DNA of 62,271 nt, filler included, from Nemertoderma westbladi (Eukaryota > Animalia > Xenacoelomorpha), in assembly GCA_032718475.1 (NCBI GenBank). It is 3 parts of 3 records of this genome, joined end to end, with 100 filler letters (N's around TTAATTAATTAA, not from the genome) between each part and the next. Parts side by side here need not be neighbours in the genome. Positions count along the whole stretch, not along the records: positions 1 to 20,367 come from JAUCBJ010000250.1; 2 more parts are not named here. One strand, given 5' to 3'. Of the stretch, positions 1 through 12,750 are shown piece by piece. Every line of letters starts with the position of its first letter. Position 1 is the stretch's first letter. The notes under the pieces are model-generated. The model saw nothing but the letters and a program-made list of their open reading frames with translations. It searched no databases and was not told the DNA's origin. The position numbers and the translations under genes were made by a program.

Positions 1-99
1 CAATAAAGACATATAAATTTCGGCAGGTTAAACTGCTGAAGGTCTATAAAAGCGCGTACAGCAGGTATAGCTCCATCGTCTGTTTTTTTGTTTATACGT

Positions 100-2087
100 A
101 GATTTCACTAGTCCAAATTCAAACGAAAAAAAAAAATTTCGAAAAAATGTACAAATTTACTAGGGTGGTTATTTTGCAGCACCAAATTACAAGTAGTGAA
201 CAATTTTCATAAAATTTGAAAGTTACAATTTTCGGCTAAATTGTTTTTCAATACAGGTTTTCTGGGGCGAAAATCCATTTGAAAATATTTAAAATTGATC
301 TAATTTCTGTAATGGCTGCTTTAGTCATCTTCGTCGGCAATAAATGAAAAAAACAAGTAACCAGCACTTTTCAGTTAGAACACAAAATTTTTAATTAACT
401 TATACGGTACTATAAATTCACATTTTCAGGTTTTCTGAGGCGTTGATTCTACTGCAATACATTTCTAATATGCCAGATCATTGCTGCACGTATTTTTCGG
501 CTTAATATGGCAAATTTTGGTGCTAGCACCAAATTTCGTACCCATCACCAAAAAGTACAAGTTTGAAATGTCCAGTGCTGTTTTTATTGATTGTATAGGA
601 CCCTCAAAAACCCGCAAGAAACAATATAATACTATCTTTTGATCAATATGCTTATTTTCAAAAATTTGGAGCTACAGTAGTACCGGGCTATAAAATGTTG
701 TACAAATACCGGGGGGGGGGGGGGGGGGAGGGTCATATTGACCCCCCCTCTAAAATCTACAAATATTTACGAAAACGTCTGATTTTTTGTTTGTACGTAG
801 GTATCACTTGTCTGGATCCGACCGAAAAAAAAATTTTCGAAATAATGTGCTGGGGTGGTTATATTGCAGCACCAAATTACAATTAGTGCACAATTTTCAC
901 AAAATTTGAAAGTTACATTTTCGGCTAATTATTTTTCTTTACGGGTTTTCTGGGGTGCAAAATAAATTGGAAAATATTTAAAAATGATATGATTACTATA
1001 AATGGCTGTTTAGTCCTCTCAGCGTAGGAAAAAAATGAAAAAAACAAGTAAGCAGCACTTTTCAGTTAGAACACAAAATTTTTAATTCACTTATACGATG
1101 CTATAAATTCACATTTTCAGGTTTTCGAGGGCGCTGATTCTAATGGAATAAATTTCTAATATGCCAGATCATTGCTACTTGTATTTTTCGGCTTTAATTT
1201 GGCAAATTTTGGTGCTAGCACCAAATTTCGTACCATCGCCAAAAAGTACAAGTTTGCGATGTCCAGTGCTGTTTTTATTGATTCCATCGGATTCAGGACC
1301 CTCATAAACCCGTATAACGCAAGAAACAAGATGATACTATCTACTGATCAATTTGCATATTTTCCAAAATTTGGTGCTGGCACAACAATTTTCACCCACT
1401 GGCGAAAAATACAAGTTTGAGAACTCTTATGAAATTTTTACTGATTCCATTGAATTCAGAACCATCACCAACCCGTATAACGCAAGAAACAAGGTGACAC
1501 AATCAATTGATATATTTGATGGTATTCAAAATTTGGTGCTAGCACCACATTTTGCACCCACATCCGAAAAATACAAGTTTGAGATGTCTAGTTCGATAAT
1601 TATATATTCCATTGAATTCAGAACAACCATAAACCTCTAAAACGCAAGATATAAATTGTCACAAGCAATTTTATCTATTGAGTGGATTTTCAAAATTTCG
1701 TGCTAGCACCAAAATTTGCACACAGCACCGAAAAATACGAGTTTGATACGCTTGGTGCAACTCGTATATATTTCATCGAATCCAGAACCCCAAAAATCCC
1801 CAATTGCGTAAAAAACAAGTTTCAAACAATCAATTTACAAAATTGACATATTTCAAAATTTGGTGCTGGCACCAAAATTTGGCACCCACCGAAAAAAACA
1901 AGTTTGAAATTTCTAAATCAATTTATATGAATTCCATCCAACGGTTTTCACTACTAGGAAGACAATAGATTTTTAGGAAAAGTCATAAAATTTCAGATTC
2001 CCAACTGCGTTTGTTTCAGAATTATAACAAAAAAACCACGGGGGGGGGGGTCATATTGACCCCCTCCCCCGGGTTTAATAGGGTTAA
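100..2087. mobile_element. Non-autonomous piggyBac-like element (family A), right end intact, internally duplicated
   Basis: Ends CCCGGGTTTAATAGGG|TTAA (TTAA at 2084-2087). Many TTTGGTGCTAGCACCAAA-type internal motifs. ~130-670 is repeated at ~830-1380. Related pieces at ~5260-5570 and ~19085-19850. Left end not identified. Confidence 0.6.
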
Positions 2088-2227
2088 AATGCCACCCCCC
2101 CCCCCCCCCCCCCAATTCAGCCACCGTAAGCTTCCGTATAATGTACTTCTGAATAGAAACACTATATCCCACATTTTGTGTAGAGTTGTATTGAAGATTA
2201 TTATGAATTAGTTAATTGATTGACTAA

Positions 2228-2373
2228 TACTACCACTACTAGGATCGGCATGCTGCATTGCAGCTGCATTTATAAGAATTCTGTGCGGGCTTGTCGACAA
2301 AATTGCGCCACCACAACTCCCTATCACTGGGCCTTCCAACCATTGAGGCAATCGGCTGGTGATTCAGCCTTAA
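2228..2373 (-). mobile_element. RTE LINE fragment (3' end plus internal piece), continuing at 3732-3790
   Basis: Same 3' end as 33231-33330 (ELWxRNFVDKPAQ, GCATGCTGCATTGCAGCTGCA, TAC tail). 2340-2373 plus 3732-3770 match 11810-11880. Confidence 0.8.
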
Positions 2374-3727
2374 CCCTATTACCACTGGGATGTTCTGACC
2401 ATTAGCACCACTGGGGGGGGGGGGGCGTTTCGGCCCATCCACTATATTTAAAAAGTTAAAATTTCATAAGCAGGGAATCATAATTTTGATGAAAAATAAA
2501 AGTAGTCCCAGGACAAAATTACAAAATTTTTCGTTTTCTAAAAACTAATAGTGTGACAGTGATGGCTAGATTTAGTAGGTTTTTCAAGACGCTGAATCGA
2601 ATGTGATTATATTCCATTTCCAAAAATTGAAGTGGATGCTATTTTTCGTGCACCTAAGAAGTGGGCGTGGCACTTAAAAATTTTGAAAAATTAGATATTC
2701 AGAAAATGCCCCTAATTTATTATTTCAACGCATCTTTATAGGTTTTCTGGGCCGCTGAATCGATTGACAGTAATATAGAAGCCTGAAGACTTAGTGGTTC
2801 GCCATTTTTTGTGCACCAAAATTAGTGCGTGGCACTTCAAATTTTGAAAAATACGAGATTCGGAAAATAAACCAAAATTGAAATTTTAACGCATTTATAT
2901 AGGTTTTCTAGACAGCTGAATCGATTGAAAGTAATATAGAGCCTGAAGACTTAGAGGTTAGCCATTTTTTTAAATCAAAACTTTAGTGTTTTTTCCGAAT
3001 AAAGTAATTTTGAAAATTTGAAGTGCCACGCCCAAATTTTGGTGCACCGAAAATTACGTACACCAAGAATTTGAGGCTTCTATATTACTTTCAATGGATT
3101 CAGCGCTCCAGAAAACCTATAAAAATGCTTTGAAATCAAAACTTTAGTGTATTTTCCAAATCTCATATTTTTCAAAACTTGAAGTGCCACGCCCTAATTT
3201 TGGTGCATCAGAAATGGCGAACCACTAAGTCTTCAGGCTTCTAATATTACTTTCAATCGATTCAGCGCTCGTGAAAACCTACAAAAATGCTTTGCAAATC
3301 AAAACTTTAGTGTATTTTCCGAATAAAGTAATTTTGGAATTTTAAAGTGCCACGCCCTAATTTTGGTGCTCCAAAAATGACGTACCACTACACTTACATA
3401 CTTGTATAGAGCATTAGAGTGATCCAAACCAATAAAAAAAATAAAAATAGCCCAAACATAAATAATTACTAAATCACGAATGACTTTGTAAAATTCGAAA
3501 ATTTCAAAAAATTTGGTGCTGGAGACCAAATTTTGAGGTGGCACCCACATCGAAAAGTAGAAATCCAATTGCAAGGTGGTTTTTTGCAAAAGATGCGGCA
3601 TTAAATTTGGCTAATTCTCAATCAAAATTGGGCCGGTACGTAATATGGTTGCATAGTTACAGCAACTAAAATCTAGGAAGGGGCCGATTCGCCCCCCCCC
3701 CCCCCCCCCCCCCCAGTGGTAATAGGG
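2374..3727. mobile_element. Complete non-autonomous piggyBac-like MITE (family B), 1354 bp
   Basis: 16-bp TIRs CCCTATTACCACTGGG / CCCAGTGGTAATAGGG. TTAA duplicated at 2370-2373 and 3728-3731. The empty site GATTCAGCCTTAACCTTGGTGG is visible in the RTE copy at ~11833-11855. Confidence 0.92.
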
Positions 3728-4024
3728 TTAACCTTGGTGGTTGGTTGGCTTTTCCGCCTAGTAAGCAAGTTGATATTGAAATTGATTGACAATCTAGGCT
3801 TTAACCTTTGAACCAAAACAGATATTGTCAAGCGGAATGCAGATTTGAAATCTGCGTAAAAAATCCGTTCAGATCTTCAGAATAAAATATAAAAAATATG
3901 GACCAAAAAAATAATTTAGTGAGTTACCCCCATAAACAAACGAGTCATTCATTCAGTCAGGTTTAGTTCATAAATTATCATAATTAATTGATAAATTCAA
4001 TATTTGATTATTTTTTTGATGTAG

Positions 4025-4338
4025 AAGATGTTCATTCGAAGCAAGTAGCAAGTACTTCAAGATGCAAGAACGTTTCGGGCAATACAAAGAAAAAGGCCTT
4101 TCAGCGCCGACGATGGAGTGACAATGGGAAGAAGGCTGTTATTCGTGGGCTTCCCTCGTTTAACTTACATTTACACCCCGCTCGAACGATGGATATCATT
4201 AAACTAATTGAAGAAAACCCCGTTCTACAAAGTCGCAGTTGGCGCAATGTGAAAGATTTTATAAGGAATAATTGGGAGGAACTAAAAAAACTGTTGGATA
4301 TTCTGTTGCTAAAATGTTGGCCTATATTAATTAAGTAG
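4025..4338 (+). pseudogene. Fragment with SANT/Myb-like C-terminal motif, probably transposon-derived
   Basis: RRRWSD...PVLQSRSWRNVKDFIRN resembles, from memory, the C-terminus of large animal proteins with tyrosine-recombinase-like domains. Preceded by a possible acceptor (tttttgatgtag). Not verified by search. Confidence 0.35.
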
Positions 4339-5599
4339 CGAATCTTACGTTTCGAACTCTTTTACTATATAATTGTATAATATCGTTGATGAATAAGTCT
4401 AGTTACTATTAATGATTCAATAATAATTTTTGTTCACATTATTTCTAATATTTGTTTGCGGTTCTACATTGTTTGGGTATATTTTTATGCTCCTTCTGTT
4501 CATCCTGTCTGTTTTTCCTTGTATTTAGTGGCTGTGTAACTAGTATGTGCTACTGTATACGCAGTTTACCATGCAACACATTAACTACTATGCAACCCTG
4601 TGTAACTACTAGTAGAGTAACTGTCTAACTACTAGTAGAGTAACTGTGTAACTAACGCGTGCTATAGCCATCACTCAACATTATATATTACTGTATTAAA
4701 TATCAATGTTAGGTTATGTCTCATTGTAGGTACATAATATGTAGGCCTGAATTATCCTGTAATGCCCTTTTTGTGTTGTATTTTTCAACATTTCTTTCTG
4801 TTATAGAAATTAGAATTCATTCAAAATTTAAATTATTTCTGTTTTTCACAAAAATTACGTCTACCTTATTAATACTGGTACTTAATTATTCAAATATAGC
4901 GACACAGTTGTAAACTAGTTTTATAATATTATTTCAAACAGTGTAACCCTAATGTTTGTAATAAATTTTGTATAATATATAAGATTTTGCTATTGAAAAT
5001 AGCGACGTGGTTGTAATGCTTTATGCAATGTAATAATGCTTTATAGTGCAATAATACACAATATTATTTTAGTAAACAAAATTAATTTCACCAATTGCAA
5101 TTTTCGCAACTAGGTATTTAAACATTGGTATTATGGTCTGAACAAAGACGAGTTTGACACGTTCGCTAACTGGGGACATCGGAAATATTTCGCAGACCAG
5201 GGACATTTTCGAAATCAATTAAGGAGCACTGTTTTACACTGTAATTGCGGGGACATAATTACTGTAGCACAACAATTATCACCCACCGGCGAAAAAGATA
5301 CAAGTTTGAAAACTATTATGCAATTTTTACTTATTCCATTGAATTCAAAACCCTCACAAACCCGTATAACGCAAGAAACAAGGTGACACAATCAATTGAT
5401 ATATTTGACGGTTTTGCACCCACTTCCGAAAAATAAGAGTTTGACATAGATAATTATTTATTACATTGAATTCAGAACTGCCATAAACCTATAAAACGCG
5501 AGAAATAAGTTGTAAAACCACGGCGGGGGGGGGGGGTTCATATTTTTCTCCCCCGGGATTAACAGGTTAATTAACTACCACCGGTTGAACAGGGGATAT

Positions 5600-6535
5600 A
5601 CTTCTTTACCACAACTCCCTAGGTTAGATACACATTTTCAGGTATTTCCTGACAGTTGTACACAGTAACGATTTTACAGCAACAATTTAGCTTTATAGTT
5701 CGATTTTTAACTGAGAGAACGGCTATATTCATTTTTAACACATATATTTTACCGATTTATACATACTGTGCTGTTGCCTGGGTACCGAATATTACTGAAA
5801 AGCTGCGGAAAAAACTACGTAGGCCGATTTCGCTATATGCCAAACATTCAAAAGTTAATAATCAGATGCTTTTTGATATTGTAAATGGTTGTTATAAAGG
5901 TATTTTTAAGAAAATGGTCGACAAAATTATAGATTCAAAAGATCATCCGTTGCATAAATCGTTGTTAGCACATACCTCTAGAAATGCCTCAACTAGGAAC
6001 AATTTTGCCATATCTTACTGTCGTACTCACAATTATAGAAACTCTTTTATACCAACTGCACTGCGTTTTTTGAACAAGCCGGAAACTTTACAATATTTGT
6101 AGTAACAATATTGTTATTACATCTTTTCGGCCATAGTACCGTGTTTTACTTTGATTATCTTTTTTTTTAGAAAATACCGTTTTAATTTTTATTTGACTAG
6201 TATAATTCTAATTTTTGTAATATCTGCATCATTATATGAACTCATTTCCTGCCATATATATAGTTTTTATATATCTGCCTTATATGAATTGTCCCAACTT
6301 GTTGAATATCATAGTACTTAATGATAGGTTCGATTTTAGCTCTTAAAGTGTGCATATTTTAATTAATATTTTGAAATTTTTAATAGATCACGGTAATATA
6401 ACTTAATCTACATAGCGTATTTTATAATCATATACATTTCTTTTTACTTTAATTGCTTGATGTGCATTAATAATATTCCTCTTTATATATCCATATACGG
6501 GAATAAAAGCCAATAGTAATAATAATAATAGTAAA
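5600..6535 (+). mobile_element. 5'-truncated LINE (CR1/L2/Rex1 group): ORF2 C-terminus, 3' UTR and (TAA)n tail
   Basis: ORF 5656-6102 has YILPIYTYCAVAW and HPLH...RTHNYRNSFIPTALRFLN, typical of a LINE ORF2 end. AATAAA and TAA repeats at ~6502-6535. Confidence 0.7.
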
Positions 6536-6714
6536 TAAATACAGTAAATGATTTGAAAAGTTGTAAAGATTTTAAATGTTTTCTACTGAAGTATTATAAG
6601 TCATAATAATATGCTGCTGCAGTAGTAAACTTTAATCTGCATCCTTCAATGCGCACTCCTGAAATACTGACTGTATGCATTCATGGGACGTTAGAAGGCT
6701 TTATAAGTCACAAC

Positions 6715-7065
6715 TTACAGTGAACAATAGGGTAAGTCACAGTTTTACTTCGGTTTTTATACACAATTTTTATGTGAAACAGACATTTGGTTCAATGAAG
6801 AGAATGTCATTTATAAAGGATTATATGGTCATAGAGTTGTTAATTCGAACAGAATCGATTACAAATTGTGTATGTGATAAAACTTACTACTGGAATTTAA
6901 AATCGGGGTTGGATTGCAATGGGACGGAGTGGTCTAATGTTATAACTGTCAGTAAGACATTTTTGTTTGATGTTGGCATACAAACTGGGAGTTTATTACA
7001 GTACTATTAATATTATAATGGATATTTCTATTGCTATAAAGCCCTATTAGCTATTGTTTGGCGAA
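6715..7065. repeat. Dispersed repeat, second copy at ~19935-20250
   Basis: Shared colinear blocks AATTTTTATGTGAA..AGACATTTGGTTCAATGAAG, TTATATGGTCATAGA, TTTGATGTTGGCA. Confidence 0.7.
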
Positions 7066-7580
7066 TGTTTAATTGAATATAGTTGACGAGCACCACACCA
7101 AATGTTACTTTTCACTAGGGTCTCCCGAGCCTTTCAAAATTTGTTATCACAAAATTTCATGACACAACAGCAACAGCAATTATTAATAATTATTACAATG
7201 TGTAGACTGGAACAATACTTGAACATTACCTGCTCCATTACTACAGTCACGCTCTCCACCACAATGCCGTTTATCCACCTGAATCCGAGTCCATAGTAAA
7301 AAACTCTGAGTGATCCCATTGTTGGCTACGGCAGACAAAACATGTGGACACAAGGTGGAACCCTACTTCCAACAAAAATCGTATAGGTGGACTGGCTGGA
7401 AGTCAGGTGGAGTTTATGTGGAAAGGTACAGGTGGATCTAGGTTGATTTAGTCGGAAGTTAGGTGGATAAATTTGAATAGCCCCCAGCTGTGATGTGATA
7501 TAATCCTCCTTGATGTTGCATGGATATTGGTAGTGATGTAAAAGCTACCAAGCCCGAATTCATAACATTTAATGTTGATA

Positions 7581-8010
7581 CTACTACTACTACGATCAGC
7601 ATGCTTCATTGCAGCTGCATTATATATATTACATAAATATTAAGAATGCTGTGCCGGCTTGTCGACAAAATTGTACCACCACAACTCCCTATCACCCATG
7701 ATAATTGCTAGTTCATCGCATCTTCAAGGCCAATGCCTTTTAAGATGCGACTCAAGAAAGCCATGGGCTGTCTACCATGCTTATTCGCTCCATGAGGCCA
7801 CCAAATCACAAGATTATGAACTGGCTGGTCCTCAAAGTTAAAGTCATTTCCTGCAAAGCGGTTCCATTCAAGTGTCAAGCTCGGGGAGACTAATGGAGCA
7901 CCTCCAATGTTCTTTAGAGTCTGATTGGAAATGTGTTCATTATACTTGACACAATGACCCGGTGCAGTATTCTTGTGAATGTACCATCCAGAGATTTGGC
8001 ATCCCCTGGA
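7581..8010 (-). mobile_element. RTE LINE 3' fragment (diverged)
   Basis: HCVKYNEHISNQTL...EDQPVHNLVIWWPHG matches the family at 53026-53685. (TAC)n tail at 7581-7593. Confidence 0.85.
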
Positions 8011-8200
8011 GTTAGAGCTAGTCATTATCTCGTTCTCTAAATAGTCTTCTGTCATAGCGAATGAATCAAATAAGACAGAGTTTTCATAATCTCACTGAAT
8101 TATATATTGCTACAATAAATACTGAAATACTGAATACTGTTTTCTGGCACTACCTGACTACTTACTGCAAAGTAGCCATACTTCCATATGCCATACCGGT

Positions 8201-8745
8201 ATGGCTGATGATGATCCTGATGAGATTCTCGTGGCCAATGATATTTTAAATTACACATATACTATGTGGGTGTCTGGTATGCCGGTCACTGAGATAGGTG
8301 GACAGGTAGCCGGGTGGCCTAAGTTTACTAAAGCGGATATACGGTCGTCAAAGGAAAAGCTTCATAGCTTTGTATCTGGAAATAGGGATGCACCTAAGTT
8401 GGTGCATCGGAAAGAGGCTACTAACCAGTTTTGGGATAATAGTATAATTACATCATCACGCTGTTCGAGTATCATGGGTTCCAGGAATGTTCACCAAAAC
8501 CAGTCTTTGTAACCAAGGACCATCGAGGTCTTCCACCACATTCGTTGAATGCTGTTGACATGGTATCATTGATGAGACAGGTGTCGGACCTGCAGGGGTG
8601 TCTTACGGGTCTGGAACGGGATGCTGTGCGGAAGTCTGATCTGAATCCGGGTTCCGGTCATGGTCAGGCGATGGCAGGTCTAACGGTACGCGGACAGCGA
8701 GAGGCTATGCAGCCTGCACAGCGAGTGAATATCGGTTGCTCTATA
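8201..8745 (+). mobile_element. Probable LINE ORF1 N-terminus (disrupted), belonging to the RT at 9255-10420
   Basis: ILVANDILNY...FTKADIRSSKEKL...LPPHSLNAVDMVSLMRQVSDLQ resembles invertebrate CR1/L2-group ORF1 N-termini. Same strand as the RT, separated from it only by a truncated MITE. Confidence 0.5.
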
Positions 8746-8747
8746 TT

Positions 8748-9250
8748 AGGCTTCTATATTACTTTCAATCGATTCAGCGCTCCAGAAAACCAATAAAAAT
8801 GCTTCGAAATCAAAACTTTAGTAAATTTTCCGAATAAAGTAATTTTGAAATTTTAAAGTGCCACGCCCTAATTTTGGTGCTCCAAAAAATGACTTACCAC
8901 TACACTTACATAATTTTATAGAGCATTAGAGTGATCCAAACCAATAAAAATAAATAAAAATAGCCCAAACATACATAATTACTAAATCACGAATGACTTT
9001 GTAAAATTCGAAAATTTCAAAAAATTTTGTGCTGGAGACCAAATTTTGAGGTGGCACCCACATCGAAAAGTAGGATTCCAATTGCAACAGATGTTTTGTT
9101 TCAGACAATTTGCAAAAGATGCGGCATTAAATTTGGCTAATTCTCAATAAAAATTGGGCTGGTACGTAATGTGGTTGCATAGTTACAGCAACTAAAAACT
9201 AGGAAGGGGCCGATTCCCCCCCCCCCCCCCCCCCCCAGTTTGTAATAGGG
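8748..9250. mobile_element. Left-truncated copy of piggyBac-like MITE family B
   Basis: Near-identical to ~3235-3727. Ends ...CAGTTTGTAATAGGG|TTAA (TTAA at 9251-9254). Confidence 0.88.
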
Positions 9251-9254
9251 TTAA

Positions 9255-10565
9255 CGGATAAGAATAATTATAGGCCTGTTGCCATCTCTAACATTATATG
9301 TACGGTTCTAGAATGTATTATCTTAGACAGGTATATTAATAAACTTATGGTAGCTCATAATCAATTTGGATTTAAACCGAAACACAGTACAGATTTATGT
9401 ATATATGCTTTGAAGGAGATTGTGCATTATTATTTAAGCCAGAATACGTCAGTATATATTTGTTTCATTGATGCCTTGAAGGCATTCGATTTTGTTAATC
9501 ATTCGAAGTTGTTTAATAAATTATTGGAGCGGGGTGTCCCCAAGTTTGTAGTTAGACTATTGTGTTATTGGTATAGGTCACAGACAATTTATGTTAAGTG
9601 GGGTAACTGCCACTCAACTTTGTTTACGGTATCGAACGGCACCCGTCAGGGAAGTGTTATTTCGCCTGTTTTAGATAAAGTGTATATGGATTGGCTGATT
9701 AGCATCTTAAATGACGGTGGGTTAGGATGCTACGTTAATGGTATTAGGGTAAATCATTTTTCGTATGCAGACGATTTGTCACTTTTGGCAACCAGTCTAC
9801 AGGCTTTGCAGGCATTAATAAATTTAGCTAGTGCCTATGCTAAAGAACATAATATAAAGTTTAACTTAAAGAAGACAAAATGTATGTATTTTCGTGCTCG
9901 TGCTAGGTGCAGTTTTCCAGTTGGTTTAGCTAGATTGAATGGTTCTCCTATCGAGTGCGTGGAATCACACAAATTTGTAGGTCACTACTTACATATTAAT
10001 ATGGACGATAAAGTAGATATACAAAATCAAATAAGGGGTATTTATCGTAGGGGTAATGGTCTTATTAGGAAGTTCTCCCATTGTACTACTCAGGTCAAAA
10101 ATATATTATTTATTTCATTCTGTACGGGCATATATGGGTGCAATTTATGGAACACTTTTACAGTATCTGTTATGAACTCAATTAAAATCGCTTACCATAG
10201 AATATTTAGGAAACTTCATCGGCTACCATTTAACTGCAGTGCGTCGGAAATGTTTACATTTAATCGGGTGCCTAGTTTCTTATGTGTACGTCGAAGGTCG
10301 GCATTCAGCCTTCGTCGTCGTGTGTTAAACTCTAATAACCGAATTATTAGTAATGTGCGGCAATTGGGATTTATATATAAGTGCCCAATTTGGGATGTTA
10401 TGAATTACCTACTATTCTAGTTAGTTGTGTTATATTAATATTAATTAATTACTGTTAAAATCACCTAATGTATAAAATTATTGTGCTATTTTTGTCTGTT
10501 GTATTGTTTAATCTAAATGTCGTGTTTTAATGGGCAAAGTCCCCGAATATACAATACTATTATTA
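9255..10565 (+). mobile_element. Non-LTR retrotransposon RT domain and 3' end (L2/CR1-group-like; clade uncertain)
   Basis: Open frame from NYRPVAIS through QFGFKPKHST, FIDALKAFD, GTRQGSVISP and YADD to a stop at 10420. AT-rich 3' UTR. Confidence 0.9.
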
Positions 10566-10593
10566 GAGCCCCGCATGGACTCCCATATAAGGG

Positions 10594-12240
10594 TACTACT
10601 ACTACTACATAAATAATCGAACCTTAAGGTTCCGTTTTATTCTATGGGACTTCAAAATCCTGCACAGACTGTTTAATGCTGCTCATGCCTTCCCCTTACG
10701 TATCCGACGATCTTCACCTGACCTTCTGATCCATGATCCCAAGTAGCAGAAGTTATCCATGTGCTCAAGCAAGCTGTCCATAGAGCTTATGCCCTTATAA
10801 TCAGACATTTCTTGAGGGCTGTCTAGGTTGACTGTCATGATTTGGTCATCTTGGTATTTACAAAAAGACCAACACTAGAAGCAACCTGCTGCAATGAACA
10901 GAGGAGCCTTTGACATCAGCAAAAAGTCTTAGGTTAGGTACATGCTGGATTTCCCCTAATTCTTGTGCAAGTATGAGGTATACCATCGCCCAATCATTAT
11001 TAAGATGAACTAAGGACATGGTTAGAACATAATCAACAACAATTACGAAAAAGAATTGTGCAAGTGTGTCACCCTGAAGGACTCCCCATAAGACTTCGAA
11101 TTGATCTGTGTTACCATCAGCAGTAGATACATATGTGGTGGAACCATCATACAGTGATATGATAGCTGCAATAATGTCCTCAGGAATCCCATTTGCTGCC
11201 AGTATGCTGAACATACGTGTGGTTGGGAGACTGAGTCAAAGGTTTTAAAAAAGTCAAAAAAGATAATAGCCTGTTGTCTGTCTTTCTTTATTGATATAGC
11301 CTGTTGTCTGTCTTTCTTTATTGATAACTCTTCCATTATCATTCCGAGAGCCAGAATAGGCTCCATGGTCCTATGACCTTTACAGATCCCATTTTGGTAC
11401 CCACATAACAGACTATCAACAGGATCCCTGATGCGATTTAATATAATTTTGTTTTATAGCTTTGCAACAATCGAGATTAATGTGATTCCATAAAAAGATC
11501 CACGGGTCATTAGATTGCCTTTCTTTGGGGTTGGGACCAACTTATTTGTTTTCAGTTCTTGAGGGACTCTCTTTGTCCTATACGTGTCCACAATAATGGG
11601 GTGAATGAGCTCCAAGCACTCACGTATTTTAAAGACCTCAGGGGGCACATCATCTACTGCACAGGCACAATTGGTATTGATGCTCCTAGCTGCGGTCTTG
11701 ATTTCAGCAAATTAGATATCTGTGAGCCTAGACTCAGGTACATGATGCACCTCAAAGTTATCAGGCAATATGCTGTCATTGTTTAGAACTTTCTCAAAGT
11801 GGTCCTTCCAACCTTTTTGGCATTCAGCTGGAGATTCAGCCTTAACCTTGGTGGTTGGTTGGCTTTTCCTCCCAGTGAGCAGGTTTATTAATTTCCATGC
11901 CTGTGCTCTTTGCCTGCTAATCATCAGTATTGTTAATGGCATCAACCTGCTTATTGATAAGCTCCTTCAGATTATCAGAGTACTGCCTGTTAAGGGACCC
12001 AGATGCAACCTTAACTGCATCCTTGCCTGTCCACATGCTCCTGAGTTGGTGGGACTTGACTGCGACTTGCGAGGTCATTTCGGCACTTTCTACTTCTGGT
12101 CAGCCCAAAGGGCCTTTTTCCTGTTTCGAGAGTATACAGGGACTGCTTCTGTAGATGCTACCTTAACTGATTCTGTGAAGACAGTATAGCCCTCACAGTG
12201 ATTGTTGGCTCAGAGGTCGTACCTGTTGCTCAGCTTTAGT
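10594..12240 (-). mobile_element. Degraded RTE LINE (RT region, frameshifted)
   Basis: ORF pieces PPEVFKI...PKKGNL, EPILAL...FFDFFKTFDSVS and LWGVLQGDTLA match the copy at 48163-53730. Confidence 0.88.
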
Positions 12241-12294
12241 TTGAAATGACTTTAATGTTGATGGATTTATTTACAATGATGGACAATTTATAAT

Positions 12295-12750
12295 AATCAA
12301 CTGAGGAAGGTTGACGACTTCCAGTACCTTGGATCATGGATAGAGAGTAGCAAAAAATACATAAGTTAGGAAGTAAACGCATGGGTAGCTCTATCAAAAA
12401 TGGATACCATTTGGAAATCAGATCTCTCCAGGCACCTGATGACTAAGTTCTTTTGAGCCATATTACTTTTATACAGGGGTGAGACCTGTACATGGATGAA
12501 ATCACTTGAACAACGAATTGATGGTTGCTATACAAGACTACTAAGAGCAGCCCTAAATATCAGCTGGAGACAATACATGACAAACACTGAGCTCTATGGT
12601 ACAATGTCACCAGTATCAACCACTCTAGATTGAGATTTAGTGGGAACTGCTGGAGAAGTAAAGACGAGGTCATACCAGATCTACTTTTCTGGCAACCAAC
12701 CTATGGAAAGCATTCCCATGGACAACCTGTTATAACATATATGGAGCCCT
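12295..12750 (+). mobile_element. Degraded RTE-type LINE C-terminal fragment (different subfamily)
   Basis: Reads KVDDFQYLGSWIESS...AWVALSKMDTIWKS...IDGCYTRLLRAALNISWRQ with stops and frameshifts. Confidence 0.7.

Noticed and set aside
8203-8230. Other CTGATGA matches (8205-8223, 40200, 46513, 52907) as hammerheads
   Set aside because: No stem II-GAAA-stem I geometry; most lie in coding sequence such as FADD.
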